Source: the human T2T-CHM13v2.0 reference genome, Homo sapiens
DNA: 64,000 nt
Assembly: GCF_009914755.1 (NCBI RefSeq)
Contig: NC_060925.1
Strand: one strand, 5' to 3'
Both the position numbers and the translations under genes were made by a program. The notes below the pieces were generated by a model. That model did not search any database and was not told where the DNA came from. It worked only from the letters and a program-made list of their open reading frames with translations. Shown piece after piece: positions 59,723 through 64,000 of the stretch (the first letter of the stretch is position 1; each line of letters begins with the position of its first letter).

Positions 59723-60299
59723 AATAAAGGCAAGAATCCCAGAGATGCCTGGAGTTGTCCAAGCCAACCTCATCCCACAGAGGACTTATGAAGATGAATT
59801 CCAGGCATCTCAGCATTGACATGTTCCTGGGTGTTAGCAGCAGAGACACTGAAGACTCTGGAGTAGCTACTGCTGTTGGAGTGTGGCATTAGTCTGGCTC
59901 TGTGAGTCCTGAAAATAAGCCCATTGGAAGGTATAGGATGCTCTCTGTAGGGAAGGAAGAAGCTTTGAAGGCTTGGTGAGCTCTTGGTTATTGGCTCATC
60001 TCCTCTCCTCCAGACTCAGGATAATTCTTTACAAAATCACTGCCCTTGTAGCTTCCTTATGAGTACTTGATTACAACAAATGGAAAATAAATATGCACAG
60101 TTATAATATTAACCAAGTGCCATGAATACTCCCGCTCTGTGTGCTGTGTATAACCAAGGTATGGTATGGAGGGTAGTTGGGGGCAGGTGAGAGTGGAAAT
60201 GACCCTTGAAATAAATGGAATTATTTAGATGAAGAAATTCTAGGAAAGGGTAGTTTCATCCATTTAGATCATTTTAAAAAAGAGGAAATGACAAAGTTA

Positions 60300-61900
60300 C
60301 TGTTCTATGGAGCTAACAAGCAAATAGACTAGTAATAAATGTCAGATAGTAAATGCTCTGAAGAAAATAAAATGGGGCATTGAGTTAGAAAGTGATAGGG
60401 GAGGGGTCTTTAGATTTGGGTGATTGGAAGGAAGTACCACTTGAGCAGAGACTGAGATGATGAGCTGTGCAGAAGATTTTGCTGAAGAATATTCCAGGTA
60501 GAGGGAACAGTAAGTATAAAAACCCTGGAGATGGGATCCAACAGGAAGTCTGTGGCTGTAACATAGGAACAGTGGGGGAGAAAGGAGATAAAATCAGAGG
60601 TACCAGTAGATGGGGGCCTTATCAGTCCCTACCCAATGGTTTGGATTTTATTACAAGGATAACTGAAAATGATTGGAGTGTTCCAACAGGTTGTGACATG
60701 ATTGGATTGATGGTTTAGAAAGATTGCCCTGGCTGCTGGATTGTGCATAATAAGTGGTATGGGGTGGATGCGTGAAGGGAGCGGGGATGGCTAGCATGGA
60801 AGAAGGGAGACCAGATTGGAAACTCTGACCATGGTCCAGGCAAGAGAGGATGGTGGCTGGGTAGTAGCTGGTGGTGAGGGTGCGGAGCACTTAAGTTCAA
60901 GGTAGCAAAATTATGGGCTACACACAGCTATGATTGAGTCACTAGCTTCTGTTACTCATTCAGAACTCTCAAGAAACAAGACAGGAAGTTCTCATCATTA
61001 AGATCATCATTGAGACTGAAAGCTGGCCTTCGTGAATTTAAGCAGGTATAATGACTAGGGGGAATGCTACTTGCAACCACAACTCAAACTCAATGATGAT
61101 CTTAATGAGGAGGATCATCACCATAATGGCTAATAGTTATTGAGTATTTATAGTTCACTGAGCACATTATTTACATTCTCCATTTTAGAGATAAAGAATT
61201 GAGGCTCAAAAGAGAGTGAGTAACTTAGCCAGGTGCTAAGTGTCAGTGCTGTGCTCTTAATCATCTGAACATTTCCCAACAATTACTTTCTGAACACTTG
61301 TTATGTACCAGGCACTGTCCTAATCACTAAGGATAAAATGATTAGCAAGGAATTCATGGTACCTATTCTTATGAAGGCTCTTTCCCAATAAAGCAAACAT
61401 ACAAATAAATAGGAAAACCTAGCAGATGCTGATTACAGGCTAGGAAGAAAATAAAGCCAGTGATGAGTTGACATAGAGTGTCTGGGATAGAGGACACAGG
61501 TAGGGGGTACTTTACATTGGATGGTCAGAGAAGGTTTGTGTTAATGTTCTGAGGCAGGATTGAGCCTGATGAATTTAAGGAGGGTAATTAAGTCCAGTGT
61601 GACTGGAGCAAAAAGAGAAAGGCACTCTAAAGATGAGGATTTTGATATTAAGAATGATGAGAAGTTTTTTAAGCTGGAGAGTCACATGATAAGATTTGAA
61701 TTCTTTACTGATTCCTTTGGTTGCCTTGTGGAGAATGGATTGGAAGAGGGCGAAACTGGACTGGGGAGTTACTAGAAAGCTATTGCTTTCTACATCTATT
61801 GTGGTCTGCATAGATAATGGTAGCTTGGGCTGGGATGAGTTGTTGGAATTTGATAAAAATGAACGGATTTAAGAGATGTTTTTGGAAGGTGAAAATTGAC
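60300..61900 (-). mobile_element. L2 and MIR fragments
   Basis: ATTCCAGGTAGAGGGAACAG, TAGAAAGATTGCCCTGGCTGC and ATGTACCAGGCACTGTCCTAA motifs; boundaries approximate. Confidence 0.55.
60991..61112. repeat. 24-bp inverted repeat (23/24 match) with a 74-nt spacer
   Basis: CTCATCATTAAGATCATCATTGAG (60991-61014) versus CTCAATGATGATCTTAATGAGGAG (61089-61112). Confidence 0.9.
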
Positions 61901-64000
61901 ATGAACAACTCATCACACATGCTAAGAGTTGCAGCAAACTGTAAGCCTCTTGAGACCAGGAGACATTGTTTGTTCCCTGTCCTACCACCAGGGGACATAG
62001 CACTGATAGGAGACACTAACTAAATATTGATTGAATGAAGGTGTCATTGAGCAAATGAATGAATAAATGCAGCATAATAATTAATCACGTCCTGGCATAT
62101 CAAGTGTCAAAATTAAATTATTGAATTACAGAATAAAATTACCACTAAAGGTAGATTGTCTTAAATTGTCTTAAATTTTGTTAATTTTCATCATTGAAGG
62201 TTAGTGTTTTTTTGTTTTTGTTTTTGTTTTTTGTTTGTTTGTTTGTTTTTTATCCTCTGACTATATATATGTGACTTCCTGGATTGAAAATCATTTAAAC
62301 AGAAAATTAATTTCCCAATGTTGTTTTCATACATTGCCCATATATGTTGTACATTTTTGGAAAGGGATTTAGTAAAAAGCAAGATGTGAGAATAAAACAG
62401 AAACTGTCATTTCAAAAGTTTTTTGAAATGGATTTTTGATCTAGATAATTTTACATTAATACTTTAAAATCAGACTTGAAAAAAATGATGGCTTTTCTTT
62501 AACTTATGTCTAAAATGTGAATTTTAGGAGAATGGGAGACCCTGATTCAAGGAGAAAAGAGCCTTATTTTTCTTAAAACCAATGAGAAATTTGTTTTAAA
62601 AATACATAAATATGTAAATTTTAAGAGATAATTCAAATCTCTGAAGAAAGAGGACTGTTAATTTATGTATAATAAAAGCACTTAGTCAATATTTATTCTA
62701 TTTCTATAGCCCAGTGTGTAAAGATTTAAATCATAATGAGCTACTCCTAGGCAAGCAGAATAATGCAACATAGGCGTTTCCAGTGGAAATCTGCTAACCT
62801 TATACTATTGAGGAAAACCCAACATCTGCATTGAAATAAGGACATTCTTTGGACTCTTAAGAAATTACAGGCCTCATTTTTGTGGGTTGAAGTGTTTGGA
62901 TAACTTGATAAGGAGATTATATAATTCCCTTATAGGGATATTTACTTAGCATTGTTTTCATTTTGTAACAATAACAAATGACAAATGTAACTTCAGAAAT
63001 AGGAAACAAAATGACAGTTATATCCCTGGATGATCAAAGTTGTGAGATCAAGAAGTTATAGAAATATTCAGCTCTCTTTCTAGTTTCACTTATACTTTTA
63101 AGATTGTGCATATTTCCTACCAGATCTGCACACTCCCTGTGGTGGAAAAGGTCAGCGTCGACCCTGTGAACACTGTTCACACTCCTTCGTTAAGTTATTT
63201 AGTTAGCCAAAACTTAGATATTTTCACAAAAGTCCCAGTAAATATTGAACTCTAATCCACTTATATTACTTAAAATTCTGCATGATCACAGTTGTATATT
63301 TTTTTACATACATAAACTATCTGATGTTATTCTTTTTTAATATAGGATTATTCATACAAATATTTCCATGTTCTGGTATTATCTAAAGATTTATAATTTT
63401 GAAAAAAAGAGTATTATTCAATAAACCATAATGGCCAATCCTATTCCAAATTTATTAAAAATGAGTTTAGATTCAAACCCACTCCCCTATATGCATTATT
63501 TGTCCCACTCAAAAGTTTATCCTGGAAGAGCAATATTATCCTTTATATTACCCTTTCCCAGAAGAGAAAAATTTTTAAATGTGCCTCATTTAATGACTTT
63601 AAAATACATACAAAACATTCTTTCAAGCATTTTTTTTGAAAATTGAGTAAAAAATGTTTAACAAAAAAGGTGTTAACTTTATGTTTTAAGGAAAAATATT
63701 GAAAATGTTATCCTGGAGTGCCTCACCTTAGGATGACTCTGCTGCCGTCCTAGCTTTCCCTTTGGAGTCTGAAGGACGGGTGTAGTCTCCTTAATGTTCT
63801 GGCTAGGTCATTGTCTCATTCTGGGAGCTGTCAAGCACTCTCCTGAGCCTTGCAGGGTCCAGTAGAATAATTCCATACGTGAACTCTCATAGGCAGCATT
63901 TGCAACAGGTGGTACAAGGCATTTAAGATTGGGTAGAACGATGTCGATATTCTGTGAGTAATTTTTATATTGTCTTCCTGTTTATATTCTACATTTTGTA

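Noticed and set aside
58009-64000. miR-214/miR-3120/miR-199a-2 hairpins
   Set aside because: Mature sequences not seen on either strand in this window

Overview
Human genomic DNA (a near-consensus AluYb8 at 33.6 kb marks it as human) covering the middle of the dynamin-3 gene DNM3 on the + strand. Four coding exons are visible: 8547-8617, 19539-19590, a 30-nt alternative microexon at 20411-20440 (GTNLPPSRQI), and the first PH-domain exon at 57895-58008. From memory these are exons 12, 13, the 13a insert and 14; the numbering is unverified. The rest is intron, dense with transposable elements: a full-length but disrupted antisense L1PA7-like element (~1028-7807, with a nested AluY), ten further Alus and a FAM, a MER11 solo LTR with a 6-bp TSD, three THE1 LTRs, MER3/MER33/MER46C/MER5/MER103 fossils and many L2/MIR/MLT fragments. 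Almost all ORF-track entries are repeat-derived or chance ORFs. I found no new multi-gene system. The most interesting signals concern RNA processing: the microexon has a weak donor, an in-frame read-through stop with poly(A) signals and a competing frameshifting donor; a MIR-embedded alternative last exon would add only Asn-Ile-stop after the PH exon; and an intact L1 ORF0-like frame has an in-frame donor ~1.2 kb upstream of exon 12. There is also an unexplained 24-bp inverted repeat in intron 14 and two local duplications.
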